Below are positions 48,182 to 58,866 of a stretch of DNA of 64,000 nt, one piece after another. This DNA is from Paracoccaceae bacterium (GTDB taxonomy: Bacteria; Pseudomonadota; Alphaproteobacteria; Rhodobacterales; Rhodobacteraceae): assembly GCA_038921555.1 (NCBI GenBank), contig JBCKXH010000001.1, positions 3,741 through 67,740 of the forward strand. Reading direction: 5' to 3'. The notes under the pieces were generated by a model that was not told the origin of the DNA, searched no databases, and was given only the letters and a program-made list of their open reading frames with translations. The translations under genes were made by a program, and so were the position numbers. How positions within the stretch are numbered: position 1 is the first letter of the stretch; every line of letters begins with the position of its first letter.

Positions 48182-49753
48182 TTAATACCCCAAAGCGCAG
48201 CCATCCTTGCGCGGGTCCGAGGCCCCGATCAAGACGCCGCTGTCGTCGATCCTGATCGCCTGCGCGCCGCCCAAAGGGTCGGGCGGCACCGACACCTGAT
48301 GGCCCAGCGCCACCAATTCCGCGCGCACCCGCTCCGGATAGCCCCGCTCAACCAGCATACCCTCCGGCCCGCTGAAACTACGCGGCCCATCAACCGCCGT
48401 TTGGCTGTCCATCCCGAAATCCAGCATATTGGTCACGAACCGCACATGCCCGACCGGCTGATATTCCCCGCCCATCACGCCGAACGGCATCACCACCCGG
48501 CCCGCCTTGGCCAGCATCGCCGGGATGATCGTGTGCATCGGCCGCTTGCCGCCCGCCAACTCGTTCGGATGCCCCTGCGCCAGCGTGAACCCCGCCCCGC
48601 GGTTCTGAAAGTTGATGCCGAACCGCGCCGACGCCAGGCCCGAGCCAAAGCCCCAGAAGATCGAATAGATCAGCGACACCGCCATACGGTCACGGTCCAC
48701 CACCGTGATATAGACCGTGTCGCGGTGCATCGCTTCGGTCATTGGGGCTGCACTGGCCAGCGCCCGCTTGGGATCAATCAACCCCGCCAGCTGCGCCGCC
48801 ACCTGCGCTGACAGCATGTAATCCAGCCGGGGGCTGGCCTCGGCGATAAAGCGGTTGCGGGCGTCATCGGCCAGCTTGGTCGCCTCTGCCTCAAGATGCG
48901 CCCGCATCGCGCCATAAGGCTCCAGCGCCGCCAGATCGAAATGCTTCAGGATGTTCAGCATCAAGATCGCCGTCGCCCCCTGGCCGTTCGGCGGATGCTC
49001 CAGCAAGTCATGCCCCTGGTAATTGCCGCTGACCGGCGTGCCATAGCTGCTGCGCGTCGCCGCCAAATCCTCCAGCGTATGACAGCCGCCCATGGCGCGC
49101 AGCGAGGTGATCATGTCCTGCGCCACCTCACCCTCATAAAACCCGGCGCGACCCGTGGCCGCCACCCTGCGCAGCACCTCAGCCTGGCCCGGCGCGCGAA
49201 AAATCTGACCTACGCGCGGAGCCTTGCCATCCAGCAACAGGAACCGCCGCGCATCCCCGGCAAGGTCAGGCGCATTCTCGGCCCAGTCAAAGGCGACGCG
49301 CGGTGCCACCGGCACGCCCTCATCGGCATAAAGGATCGCCGGGGCCAAAACCCGGTCCAGCCCCAGCTTGCCCCAATCCGCCGACAGCGTGCAAAACGCA
49401 TCCACCGCGCCGGGCAGCGTCACCGGATCAATCCCGCGCACCGGCACCGCCGACAACTGGCGCTGCCGCAGCGCCTCGGCACTGGCAGCAGCAGCCGAGC
49501 GGCCCGAGCCATTCAGCGTGAAAACCGCCTCCGACCCCGCCGGTTTGACCAGCGCAAAGCAATCGCCGCCGATCCCGGTCGATTGCGGCTCGCAAATGCC
49601 CAAGAGAACCGCGCCCGCGATGGCCGCATCGACAGCATTGCCGCCCGCCTGCAGAATGTCGATGGCGGTCTTGGCCGCCAAGGGATGCGAGGTCGCGCAC
49701 ATCCCATTTGCCGCATAGGTGGCCGAGCGTCCCGGCAGTTGGAAATCACGCAT
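48182..49753 (-). CDS. Gamma-glutamyltransferase family protein
   Basis: GGNAVDAAIA, GIGGD, PPNGQG, DTVY nucleophile Thr, GKRPMHTIIP, FGVMGG, DPRKDG. Confidence 0.93.
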   Translation of the reverse strand: MRDFQLPGRSATYAANGMCATSHPLAAKTAIDILQAGGNAVDAAIAGAVLLGICEPQSTGIGGDCFALVKPAGSEAVFTLNGSGRSAAAASAEALRQRQLSAVPVRGIDPVTLPGAVDAFCTLSADWGKLGLDRVLAPAILYADEGVPVAPRVAFDWAENAPDLAGDARRFLLLDGKAPRVGQIFRAPGQAEVLRRVAATGRAGFYEGEVAQDMITSLRAMGGCHTLEDLAATRSSYGTPVSGNYQGHDLLEHPPNGQGATAILMLNILKHFDLAALEPYGAMRAHLEAEATKLADDARNRFIAEASPRLDYMLSAQVAAQLAGLIDPKRALASAAPMTEAMHRDTVYITVVDRDRMAVSLIYSIFWGFGSGLASARFGINFQNRGAGFTLAQGHPNELAGGKRPMHTIIPAMLAKAGRVVMPFGVMGGEYQPVGHVRFVTNMLDFGMDSQTAVDGPRSFSGPEGMLVERGYPERVRAELVALGHQVSVPPDPLGGAQAIRIDDSGVLIGASDPRKDGCALGY

Positions 49754-49980
49754 GGAAAACTCCCCATCAGGCCATGAGCCTAGGGGTTTGTACCGGATTT
49801 TCAAGGTGAGTTTGGCGGTCTGTGCCTCGGCGCTGTGAACCGGGTGGGGGCTAAGATCCACAGCGCCGAGGGAAGCCTATGCAGCTACATCCTCTCTATG
49901 ACGGGCGCTTGGGGCAGTTCTTGGGGCGAAATGCGGCACTTGCTTGTCGGTTTCCTGGCATTGGAAACAATCGACCTGTT

Positions 49981-50451
49981 TCAGACACGATACTCCACGC
50001 CCATGCAAAAGCTCAGCCTGTTGTGACCGCCCTCGCGCCGATAGGTCAGCCCCTGCGTCAGGCTGCGAATCAGGAACCAGCCGAATCCCCCCTCAGGCAG
50101 ATTCTGAACTTCCGCCGCCTCGTTCGGCTTGCCTCCAGGCGGCTCACCACCCGGCATCGGCAGGCCAGTGTCGGCCACACGGACGAACAAAAAGCCGTCA
50201 TGCGCGGTGATCCAGACTTCGATCTTGCCGGGGAAACTTGCATAGGCGTGTTCGGCGATGTTGTTCATCACCTCGGCCAGCACGATCTCGACGGCGCCAC
50301 GGCTGTTGTCGCTCAACCCGGCCAGCAGCGGGATGGCAAACAGATCCATCAGCCCAGCGCGCACCGATTCCAGGTCACCATCAAAGATCAACGCCTCGGT
50401 CGCCACCTGATCCGCCGGCTCATGTTGGCTCACCCGCCTGTCACCCCGCAT
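49981..50451 (-). CDS. Anti-sigma factor / RsbW-like serine kinase (HATPase_c_2)
   Basis: EIVLAEVMNNIAEHAY, DTG, LPEGGFGWFLI. Confidence 0.88.
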   Translation of the reverse strand: MRGDRRVSQHEPADQVATEALIFDGDLESVRAGLMDLFAIPLLAGLSDNSRGAVEIVLAEVMNNIAEHAYASFPGKIEVWITAHDGFLFVRVADTGLPMPGGEPPGGKPNEAAEVQNLPEGGFGWFLIRSLTQGLTYRREGGHNRLSFCMGVEYRV

Positions 50452-50776
50452 TCCGCAGGCCTTCCGGCAGCGATTTGTGGATGATCAGGACCGAATCCAT
50501 CCGGGTCAGGCGGAACACCTTTTCCACGGCCAGGGTCAGCCCGAACAGTTCCAGCCGCCGCACCGGGCCCAGCGCTTTCATCACCGCCATCACGGCGCCC
50601 AGACCCGAGCTGTCCAGAAACCCGACCATCGACATGTCCAGCACGACGCGCGCGCTCGGCTCCTGAATGATTTCGCGCATGCGTTCCTTGAACTGGATCG
50701 CCCCGGCAGCGTCGATCCGGTCGCCCATGGCGCGGATCACCAGAATCTCGCCGTGATGTTCGCTTTGCAATTCCAT
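50441..50776 (-). CDS. STAS-domain anti-sigma factor antagonist
   Basis: RIDAA, VVLDMSMVGFLDSSGLG, VFRLTRMD. Confidence 0.92.
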   Translation of the reverse strand: MELQSEHHGEILVIRAMGDRIDAAGAIQFKERMREIIQEPSARVVLDMSMVGFLDSSGLGAVMAVMKALGPVRRLELFGLTLAVEKVFRLTRMDSVLIIHKSLPEGLRNAG

Positions 50777-50846
50777 TCGCTCTCTCCATTCCTGCGGGAT
50801 GGACAAAGCTTAGACCTCAGAGGTTACCGTTCGGTAAGCGACACAA

Positions 50847-51176
50847 TCAGTTCAGTTGGAATTGCAGAGGATAACGTCCATCCTCGAAATCGCCGAACAG
50901 ATCGGGCAGATCGGGATGGCTGACCGGCTCGCCGGTTTCGTCCGGCACCAGGTTCTGCTCGGACACATAGGCCACGTAATAGCTTTGGTCGTTCTCGGCC
51001 AGCAGATGATAGAACGGCTGGTTTTTCGCGGGGCGGCTGTCCTCGGGGATATTCTCGTACCAGTCCTCGGTGTTGGAAAACATCGCATCGACGTCAAACA
51101 CCACGCCGCGAAACGGATGTTTGCGATGGCGCAGCACCTGCCCGATGTGGTATTTGGCCGCCGTCCTGAGCATCAT
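50847..51176 (-). CDS. hspQ: Heat shock protein HspQ
   Basis: AKYHIGQVLRH...FRGVVFDVD, QPFYHLLAEN, YVAYVSEQNL. Confidence 0.93.
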   Translation of the reverse strand: MMLRTAAKYHIGQVLRHRKHPFRGVVFDVDAMFSNTEDWYENIPEDSRPAKNQPFYHLLAENDQSYYVAYVSEQNLVPDETGEPVSHPDLPDLFGDFEDGRYPLQFQLN

Positions 51177-51402
51177 TCTGCGCTCCCCTGCTGTCATAGT
51201 AATCCCGTCCCTGGGTCGTTGTAAATCAATGCGTTGATGCAGAAAGGAAACAGTCTGTGGCCCTCAGCCCTACAGTTGGGCGGCAGCCAGCCGATGCCGG
51301 CATCCCACACTTGGCGAAAATGTGACCCGGAAGCTGGCGCTAGACGGTTTCCCTTGCCACAGTCTTGCCCTATACAGCCCAAAAAGAATGCACGAGGGGC
51401 GA

Positions 51403-51984
51403 ATGAGCAGACTTCTCCGTGCGCAGGTCCTGTTGCTGTTTCTGGCCTCTTGCGGGGGCGGCAACTTCTCGGCGCCGAAAAACCTTGATGACGCCTGTTC
51501 GATCGTCGATCAGCGGCCGACCTATCTGACCGCCATGCAAGCGGCCGAGCGCAAGTGGGGCGTGCCCATGTCGGTCCAGATGGCCACACTCTTTCAGGAA
51601 AGCAAATTCATCGGCAACGCCCGCACCCCGCACCGCTATGCGCTTGGCATCATCCCGATGGGCCGCCAAAGCTCGGCCTATGGCTACAGCCAGGCCCTCG
51701 ATGGCACATGGGCAGAGTATCAAGACGATCAGCGCCGCCGCAGCGCAAGGCGCGACAACATCCGCGACTCCACCGATTTCATCGGCTGGTATATGGCGGA
51801 ATCCACCCGCCGGCTTGGCATTGCCAAATCCGACGCCGCAAGCCAGTATCTCGCCTATCATGAGGGCCGCAGCGGCTTTGCCAAGGGCAGCTACAAAGCC
51901 AAGGGCTGGCTGGTCACCATCGCCGCAGAGGTCGGCGCGCGGGCGCAGCGTTACCGCGAACAACTGGCCCGCTGTTCGCGCTGA
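51403..51984 (+). CDS. Lytic transglycosylase-like lipoprotein (SLT fold)
   Basis: Lipobox LASC, QESKF, SSAYGYSQALDGTW, YLAYHEG. Confidence 0.88.
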   Translation: MSRLLRAQVLLLFLASCGGGNFSAPKNLDDACSIVDQRPTYLTAMQAAERKWGVPMSVQMATLFQESKFIGNARTPHRYALGIIPMGRQSSAYGYSQALDGTWAEYQDDQRRRSARRDNIRDSTDFIGWYMAESTRRLGIAKSDAASQYLAYHEGRSGFAKGSYKAKGWLVTIAAEVGARAQRYREQLARCSR

Positions 51985-51988
51985 TCAG

Positions 51989-52600
51989 CTACTTGTTGCG
52001 CTTGGCCAGTTCGACCTCTTTCGAGAACAGGCTCGCGCCATAGGTCCGCCCCACCACCAGATCGCTCAGCGTGACCGAGGTCTGGTTGCCGATGTCGTCG
52101 GTGATGATCCATTGCGTCAACGCAACCGGGTTCGCGCTGAAGATCAGGTCAATCGTGCCATATTCGGGGTGCTCGGGGTCCTGCGCCGTGACCAATGTCA
52201 GATCGCCGACCTCGCGGTGCCCCACCACCATCCTGGCCGACCCCAGATCGACCCGCTGCGCCAGGATCAGGTTCAACGGAGTGCGCACCAGCGGATATTG
52301 CTCGGGCGGCTGGTTCGATCTTGCGTCAAAGATCACCACCTGCCCGCCCGCCGCGATCACCAGGTTCTGGTCCGGTGCGCTATATTCGAACCGCGCCCGC
52401 CCCGGCCGCTGGATATAGATCTTGCCGTATGACTTCGAGCCATCGGCATTGACCTGCACAAAATCGGCCTCCACCGTGGTCAGAGCGTTCAGATAGGCCG
52501 ACAACACCTCCAGCGGCACTACCTTGGCCGCCAGCGGCCCGGAAACAGTGACCGACATCAGCACAATCAGCAGGGCCACTATGGCGCGAAGCATTTTCAT
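51989..52600 (-). CDS. lolA: Outer-membrane lipoprotein carrier protein LolA
   Basis: Signal peptide, ADFVQ, QRPGRARFEY, YPLVRTPL. Confidence 0.88.
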   Translation of the reverse strand: MKMLRAIVALLIVLMSVTVSGPLAAKVVPLEVLSAYLNALTTVEADFVQVNADGSKSYGKIYIQRPGRARFEYSAPDQNLVIAAGGQVVIFDARSNQPPEQYPLVRTPLNLILAQRVDLGSARMVVGHREVGDLTLVTAQDPEHPEYGTIDLIFSANPVALTQWIITDDIGNQTSVTLSDLVVGRTYGASLFSKEVELAKRNK

Positions 52601-52696
52601 GCCCCCCGATATAGCCCGCCGCCCGCCCCTTCGCACCCCCCCACCGCCTCACAAGGCAGAGAGACGCCTATCCCCAACAATTCGATTAAAATTTGG

Positions 52697-52755
52697 CTTC
52701 ATCTCGGCATAAATACTCCACGGGGGGTCTGGGGGGATGTGAAATCCCCCCAGCC
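52697..52755 (+). repeat. Repeat family A copy
   Basis: CTTCATCTCGGCATAAATACTCCACGGGGGGTCTGGGGGGATGTGAAATCCCCCCAGCC. Confidence 0.85.
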
Positions 52756-52780
52756 TGTCCACCCACCCAAAGGCCAGCCG

Positions 52781-53989
52781 ATGACCCAAACCCGCCGCGC
52801 CTTTCTCACCAGCCTCGCCGCAGCCCTTGCCGCCCCGGCCCTCGGCCAAAACGCCTTCCCCACCGTCCCCGATGCCGGCTTTGACCGCTGGGTCGCCAGG
52901 TTCCGCGCCCGGGCCGCCGGCCGCGGCATCACCGACCGCACAATGAACGCCGCCTTCGCCACTGCGGGCTTCCTCCCTGCCGTCATCGAAAAAGACCGCT
53001 CGCAGTTCGAATTCAGCCTCACGCTGGAAGACTACCTCGCCATCACCGCCTCGCAGGATCGCATCCGCAAAGGTCGCAGCGCCCTGCAACGCCACGCGGG
53101 CTTGTTCAATGAAATCGAACAGGCTTACGGCGTCGAACCCCACATCATCGCCGCCGTCTGGGGGATTGAAAGCTTTTACGGCACCAAACGCGGCAGCGTC
53201 CCGACCATCGCGGCCCTTGCCAGCCTCGCCTACGACGGCCGCCGCGCTGAGTTTTTTGAGCGCCAGTTGTTCGCCGCGCTGAAAATCCTCCAGAATGGCG
53301 ATGTCACCGCCCAAAACATGATCGGCGGCTGGGCCGGGGCGATGGGCCACACCCAGTTCATCCCAACCTCCTATGCCGCCTATGCCGTCGATTTCCGTGG
53401 CGACGGGCGGCGCGACATCTGGTCCGACGACCCGACCGACGCCCTCGCCTCCGCCGCCAATTACCTGGCCAAATCGGGGTGGAGTTACGGCCAGCCCTGG
53501 GGGATCGAGGTCCAACTGCCCGCCGGCTTCAACCGCGCCCTCGCCGGCAACCTGCGCCGCCGCTCCGCCACCGACTGGGCCAACCTGGGCCTGCGCTCTG
53601 CCACCGGCGCCCGGCTGAGCGATCACGGCGCGGGCTCGGTCATCCTGCCCGAAGGCGTCAGCGGCCCGGCCTTTCTGGTCTTTCACAACTACAGCGTGAT
53701 CATCCGTTACAACGCCGCGCAGAAATACGCAATCGGCCTCGGCCACCTCGCTGACCGCCTCAAGGGTGGAGCCCCCCTGCACGCCGCCTTCCCGCCTGAC
53801 CGCTACGGCATGCGCCAGGCCGACCGGGTTGATCTGCAAAAGCGGCTGACCGGCCTGGGCTATGACACCGGCAGCATCGACGGCGTGTTCGGCCCGCTGA
53901 CCCGCGCCGCCGTCAAAGGCTTTCAGTCGTCGCGCGGCCTGCCAGCAGACGGCAAACCCTCGTTAAGCCTTTTGTCGATCATGCGCTAG
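52781..53989 (+). CDS. Lytic murein transglycosylase (MltB-like SLT_2 + PG-binding domain)
   Basis: TRRAFL Tat-like signal, WGIESFYG, WAGAMGHTQFIP, ASAANYL, C-terminal DGVFGPLTRAAV. Confidence 0.92.
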   Translation: MTQTRRAFLTSLAAALAAPALGQNAFPTVPDAGFDRWVARFRARAAGRGITDRTMNAAFATAGFLPAVIEKDRSQFEFSLTLEDYLAITASQDRIRKGRSALQRHAGLFNEIEQAYGVEPHIIAAVWGIESFYGTKRGSVPTIAALASLAYDGRRAEFFERQLFAALKILQNGDVTAQNMIGGWAGAMGHTQFIPTSYAAYAVDFRGDGRRDIWSDDPTDALASAANYLAKSGWSYGQPWGIEVQLPAGFNRALAGNLRRRSATDWANLGLRSATGARLSDHGAGSVILPEGVSGPAFLVFHNYSVIIRYNAAQKYAIGLGHLADRLKGGAPLHAAFPPDRYGMRQADRVDLQKRLTGLGYDTGSIDGVFGPLTRAAVKGFQSSRGLPADGKPSLSLLSIMR

Positions 53990-54059
53990 AAAGCTGGCAA
54001 ATGTCGGGACGGATGCCATACGGAAACCGACCGATAACAGACAGCACTTTTCAGCGTTT

Positions 54060-54188
54060 TCAGCCCCTTACCGCCAGATCGGCCAATCTGACCACAATCG
54101 CCTGCCCCGCGAAGGCCAAAGCCTGATCCGCCACCACCAGCACCTCGGGCGAGTTCCACGCCCAGCTAAGCCCAGAAAGCCTGATCAT
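54060..54188 (-). pseudogene. Probable rmuC N-terminal stub (42 aa)
   Basis: ATGA-coupled to mutL stop; MIRL..W.SPEVLV + hydrophobic segment; rmuC is recalled to follow mutL in relatives. Confidence 0.4.
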
Positions 54189-56005
54189 CGCCGCCCGAAC
54201 AACCGCTCGATATCGGCCAGTTTCAACTCGACATAGGTCGGCCGACCGTGGTTGCACTGCCCGGAATGCGGCGTCGCCTCCATCTCGCGCAGCAGCGCAT
54301 TCATCTCCTCGGCCCGCATCTGCCGACCTGATCTGACCGCGCCATGACAGGCCATCCGGCTCAAGATCGCCTCCATCCGAACCTGCAAGGTCTGCGATTG
54401 TCCCAGATCGGCCAACTCGTCCAAGATGTCGCGTAGCAAGCCCGCAGCTGAGATAACCCCCAATAGCGCCGGGGTTTCGCGCACCGCAACAGCACTACCG
54501 CCAAAGGGCTCAATCCCCAACCCCAGAAGCGCCAGATCGCCAGCAACCTCCAGCAAACGCGCCGCATCACTTGGGGAAAGTTCAACGATTTCAGGGATAA
54601 GCAGCGCCTGAGCCTTGATGCCGCTCTCCGCCATCTGCCGCTTCAGCCGCTCATAGACCAGCCGCTCATGCGCCGCGTGCTGATCGACAATCACCATGCC
54701 CGTAGCCGTTTGCGCGATGATGTAATTCTCATGGACCTGCGCCCGCGCAGCACCCAAAGGCCCCGCCTCAACCGGCTCCACAGCCTCAATGCGCGCCACC
54801 GGAGCCTCGGCAAACCCCATAAGGCCTTCCGGTGCCTGAAACGCAAATGCCCGCCCCAAGCTGGCCTGCGAGGGCCGGTCCATCTGATAGATCCGCCCGC
54901 GAACCTCTGGCCGAAACGCCGCCAGCGTTGCATCGGCCACGGTCGAGCTTGCCCGATGCAAGGCCCCCGACAGCGCCGTCCTGAGGCTGGTGATGATCAG
55001 CGCCCGCACCGCCTCCGGTTCCCTGAAGCGAACCTCCGACTTGGCCGGATGCACATTGACATCCACCCTTTCGGACCCGCAAATCAGGTTCAAAACCGCC
55101 GCCGGATGCCGGTCGCGGCTGAGGAAATCGAAGTAAGCCACCCGCACAGCACCCAGCAGCATCCGGTCCAGAACCGGCCGCCCATTGACGAAAACGAACT
55201 GCTGCACCGAGGAGCCGCGCGAATAGGTCGGCAGCGCGGCATAGCCGACCAACCGCAACCCCTCGCGTTCGACGTCGATGCGTAGGGCATTACTGGTAAA
55301 ATCCGCCCCCAGAACCCGCGATAGCCGTCCGTGCAGCGCAGCAAAGAAATCGCCATTTTCCGGGTCGGCGCGAAAGATCACCCGAGCGGCCTCCCCCTCC
55401 ACCACCTCGGACAGCGTGAACCCGACATGCGGCTCGGCCAGCGCCAGCCTGCGCATGACATCGACAATCGCCCCCGCCTCGGCCCGGTCGCTGCGCAGGA
55501 ATTTCAACCGCGCGGGCGTCGCATAGAACAGGTCGCGCAACTCGACCACCGTGCCCCGCGCCGCCGCCGCTGGCCGCACCGGGGCCAGCCGCCCGCCCGC
55601 CACCGTCAGGGTCACGCCCTCGCCACCCTCGATCCGTGAGGTCAGCACCAGCCGACCCACTGCCGCCAAACTCGCCAAAGCCTCACCGCGAAAGCCGAAA
55701 GAGTGGATGTTGAACAAATCGCTGCCGCTGGTTTTGGAGGTCGCATGCCGCGCCACCGCCAAGGGCAGGTCATCGCCGGTCATCCCGCAGCCGTCATCGC
55801 TGACCCGGATCAACACTTTTCCGCCCGCCGCATAATCCACCGCAACCCGCCGCGCTCCGGCATCCAGCGCGTTTTCCACCAGTTCCTTGACTGCCGACGC
55901 TGGGCGTTCGACCACCTCGCCCGCCGCAATGCGGTTGATCGCCGCCTCGTCCAGCGCCCTGATCACCGGGCGCTCATCGCTTATCTTGGGGTCATGCAGG
56001 GTCAT
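54185..56005 (-). CDS. mutL: DNA mismatch repair endonuclease MutL
   Basis: NRIAAGEVVERPASAVKELVENALDAG, GFRGEAL, DQHAAHER, CNHGRPT. Confidence 0.97.
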   Translation of the reverse strand: MTLHDPKISDERPVIRALDEAAINRIAAGEVVERPASAVKELVENALDAGARRVAVDYAAGGKVLIRVSDDGCGMTGDDLPLAVARHATSKTSGSDLFNIHSFGFRGEALASLAAVGRLVLTSRIEGGEGVTLTVAGGRLAPVRPAAAARGTVVELRDLFYATPARLKFLRSDRAEAGAIVDVMRRLALAEPHVGFTLSEVVEGEAARVIFRADPENGDFFAALHGRLSRVLGADFTSNALRIDVEREGLRLVGYAALPTYSRGSSVQQFVFVNGRPVLDRMLLGAVRVAYFDFLSRDRHPAAVLNLICGSERVDVNVHPAKSEVRFREPEAVRALIITSLRTALSGALHRASSTVADATLAAFRPEVRGRIYQMDRPSQASLGRAFAFQAPEGLMGFAEAPVARIEAVEPVEAGPLGAARAQVHENYIIAQTATGMVIVDQHAAHERLVYERLKRQMAESGIKAQALLIPEIVELSPSDAARLLEVAGDLALLGLGIEPFGGSAVAVRETPALLGVISAAGLLRDILDELADLGQSQTLQVRMEAILSRMACHGAVRSGRQMRAEEMNALLREMEATPHSGQCNHGRPTYVELKLADIERLFGRR

Positions 56006-56049
56006 GCCCCCACTTATAGCAGGTCCCACATCGCATCGCCACAGATTCG

Positions 56050-57360
56050 CTACTCGCTTGACGTGACGCCCACCGCCCCGCCCACCACCACGAAGAACAG
56101 CTTTTCCGGCGTCAACAGCCTTGCCGCCAGCCGTTTGACATCCGCCAGCGTCACCGCCTCGACCCGCGCGTTGCGCTTGGCCGGATAGTCCGAGGCCAGT
56201 CCGAGGATCTGCATCCCCACCAGAATGCTGGCAATCGTGCCATTGCCGTCAAACCGCAGCGGATAGGCCCCGGTCATATAGGTCTTGGTGTCGTCCAACT
56301 CGGCCTGCGTGACGCCATTTTGCGCCAGATCGGCCCAGATATCGCGGATCACCTGGATCGCTTGCGCCGCATTCTCATTGGCCACCGCCAGTTGGCCCGA
56401 CATGATCTCGGCATGATCATAAGCCGCCAGCCCGGTGCCCACGCCATAGGTCAGCCCGCGCTTTTCGCGCAGCTCGTCCATCAGCCGTGATGAAAACCCG
56501 CGGCCACCCAGGATTTCATTCAGGATCTGTGCGGCAAAGTATTCCGGGTCATCAAAGGCAATCCCGCCCTGATAGAAGCTGATCACAGTTTGCGGCCCCG
56601 GAAAGGCCTGAACCTCCACTCCCCCCTTGGCCGCCAACTCCACCCGCCCGGGCTGATCCGCCCCCGAGGCAGGCATTTCCCCCAGCAGCCGGTCCAAAAC
56701 CAAACCCAGCTCAGCCGCCGAAACGTCCCCCGCCGCCGCCACATAAATCCGCTCGCGCGCGAAGGCCCCGGCAAAGGCCGCCACCATGTCGTCGCGGGTC
56801 AGCCCCGCCACAGAATCCTCAGTCCCGTCACCAACCGTCCCATAAGGATGCGTCCCGTAAGCCCGCTTGCGCAGGATCTTGCCGGCAATCGCATCAGGGT
56901 CCTTGGCATCCGCGGTCAACCCCGCCAGCACCTGCCCGCGCACCCTTTCCACCGCATCCGCATCAAACCGTGGCTTGGTCAGCGCCAAATACAGCAGTTC
57001 CACCACCTGATCGCGATTCTCGCTAAGAAACCGCGCCGACACCCCAACGCCATCGCTGTCAGCGCGGAAATGCAATTCCGCCGCCAAGCCATCGCGTGCA
57101 GCGGCAAAGCCCTGACTGTCCAGCTCTGCGGCACCCTCTTCGATCAAGGCGGTCATCAGATTGACTTCCCCCCGTTTTCCCGCCCGGTCCAGCGAGGTGC
57201 CGCCCAGAAAGCGGATCTCCAGCGCAGTGAACGGAATGCCATGCTCCTCGACCAGCCAGGCCTTGATCCCGCCGGGTGAGGTCACTTCCTGAATCCTGAT
57301 CTCGGCCACAGCGGGCAGCGCCAGCAATACCGCCGCAACAACCAGAACAAACCGCATCAT
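56050..57360 (-). CDS. M16 family peptidase, non-catalytic subunit
   Basis: SPGGIKAWLV, SRLMDELREKRGLTY; lacks HxxEH. Confidence 0.9.
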   Translation of the reverse strand: MMRFVLVVAAVLLALPAVAEIRIQEVTSPGGIKAWLVEEHGIPFTALEIRFLGGTSLDRAGKRGEVNLMTALIEEGAAELDSQGFAAARDGLAAELHFRADSDGVGVSARFLSENRDQVVELLYLALTKPRFDADAVERVRGQVLAGLTADAKDPDAIAGKILRKRAYGTHPYGTVGDGTEDSVAGLTRDDMVAAFAGAFARERIYVAAAGDVSAAELGLVLDRLLGEMPASGADQPGRVELAAKGGVEVQAFPGPQTVISFYQGGIAFDDPEYFAAQILNEILGGRGFSSRLMDELREKRGLTYGVGTGLAAYDHAEIMSGQLAVANENAAQAIQVIRDIWADLAQNGVTQAELDDTKTYMTGAYPLRFDGNGTIASILVGMQILGLASDYPAKRNARVEAVTLADVKRLAARLLTPEKLFFVVVGGAVGVTSSE

Positions 57361-58697
57361 TGCTGCACCTCCGGTGTGGTAATTGGTGGGGCTTCCAGCC
57401 ATCCCGTCACGGCATTGCGGCGGTCGAACACCGTCCTGGCCGCCGCCATCACCTCATCTGCCGTCACATTCTGCAACAGACCCGGCCAGTCCTGCACATC
57501 CTTGACACTCAACCCAACGGCCAGCGCCGCGCCATACTGCTGCGCCAGACCCTGCACATTGTCGCGGCCGTAAATCTCGGAGGCCCGGATTTGAGTCTTG
57601 ATCCGGGCGAAATCCTCAGCCTTCACACCGTCCTTCAGAAACCCCGCCAGCACTCCATCCATTGCCGCTTCGATGTCCAGCAGGCTTTGCCCCGGCACCG
57701 GCACCACGACCAGCCCGAAAGTGTCGCGGTCCAGCGCCAACCCGTCATAGAACGCCGCCGAATAGACCGCCTTCTGGGTGTCGAACTGCAGGGCCCGCGC
57801 CAGAACCGAGGTTGTCGGGTTGCCGCCCAGCAACTCGGCCAGCAGCTTCAACGCTGCCGCCTGCCGCTGGTCGCCCGCATTGCGCTCGGGCGCCAGATAG
57901 GTGCGGATCACATAGGGCTGCGCCACCCGCTCGTCCGCCAGAACCAGCCGCCGCTCGGCCAGTTGCGCAGGCTCGGTCGGGCGAACCCGCGGCTTGATGT
58001 CAGCCGAAGGCGGCAGCGGGCCATAATGCGCCGTGGCCATCGCCAGCACCTCGTCCGGATCGACATCGCCCGCCACCACCAGAATGGCGTTGTTGGGGGC
58101 ATAATTGGCGCGGTAAAACTCCAGCGCGTCCTGACGACTCAGCGCCTCGATCTCGTGACGCCAACCGATGACGGGGATGCCGTAGGGGTGGTTCATATAC
58201 TGCGCCGCCGCCATCTGCTCGCCCAGCAGGGCCGCAGGATCACTGTCGGTCCGCTCATTGCGTTCATCCAGAATGACCTGCCGTTCGGTCGCAACGTCCT
58301 GCTCGGTCAGGTTCAGATTGCGCATCCGGTCGGCTTCCAGCCCCATCACCAGATCCAGCCGATCAGCCGCAACCCGTTGGAAATAGGCGGTATAATCCAG
58401 CGCGGTAAAGGCGTTGTCGCTGCCGCCCTGGGCCGCGACAATCTTGGAAAGATCGCCCGGCGCCACCGTCGTAGTGCCCTGAAACATCAGATGCTCCAGA
58501 AAATGCGCGATGCCGGAACGGCCGGGCGTATCGTCAGCGGCACCGATCCGGTACCAGACCATATGCACGACGACCGGCGCGCGGTGATCCTCGATCACCA
58601 CCACCTCCATGCCATTGTCCAGCGTAAAGGTGCTGACGGCATCGGCCCAGGCGGGAACCGCACTCAGAACCACCCCAATGATCCACAAAAGCCGCAT
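57357..58697 (-). CDS. M16 family (pitrilysin-like) zinc peptidase, catalytic subunit
   Basis: TLDNGM, GIAHFLEHLMF (HxxEH), NAFT..DYTAY, HPYGIPVIG. Confidence 0.93.
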   Translation of the reverse strand: MRLLWIIGVVLSAVPAWADAVSTFTLDNGMEVVVIEDHRAPVVVHMVWYRIGAADDTPGRSGIAHFLEHLMFQGTTTVAPGDLSKIVAAQGGSDNAFTALDYTAYFQRVAADRLDLVMGLEADRMRNLNLTEQDVATERQVILDERNERTDSDPAALLGEQMAAAQYMNHPYGIPVIGWRHEIEALSRQDALEFYRANYAPNNAILVVAGDVDPDEVLAMATAHYGPLPPSADIKPRVRPTEPAQLAERRLVLADERVAQPYVIRTYLAPERNAGDQRQAAALKLLAELLGGNPTTSVLARALQFDTQKAVYSAAFYDGLALDRDTFGLVVVPVPGQSLLDIEAAMDGVLAGFLKDGVKAEDFARIKTQIRASEIYGRDNVQGLAQQYGAALAVGLSVKDVQDWPGLLQNVTADEVMAAARTVFDRRNAVTGWLEAPPITTPEVQQ

Positions 58698-58866
58698 CGC
58701 GATCCTCCCGATAGAGCGGTTTGGGTTTCTTCTATCATAAGACTGCTCAGAAAACGCCCGGTTCTTGGGGCGGTTTCTGATTCATGTTAGACGCCAACCG
58801 CTTTTGCTGGGGTGACCCTATGCCATGCCGGCTACGGCGGCAAACCCCGCCACGCAGATGTGAAAG

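Noticed and set aside
46475-48200. SAM or cobalamin riboswitch upstream of the homocysteine methyltransferase (or of bluB at 31181)
   Set aside because: No leader space and no recognisable consensus; both genes are operon-internal
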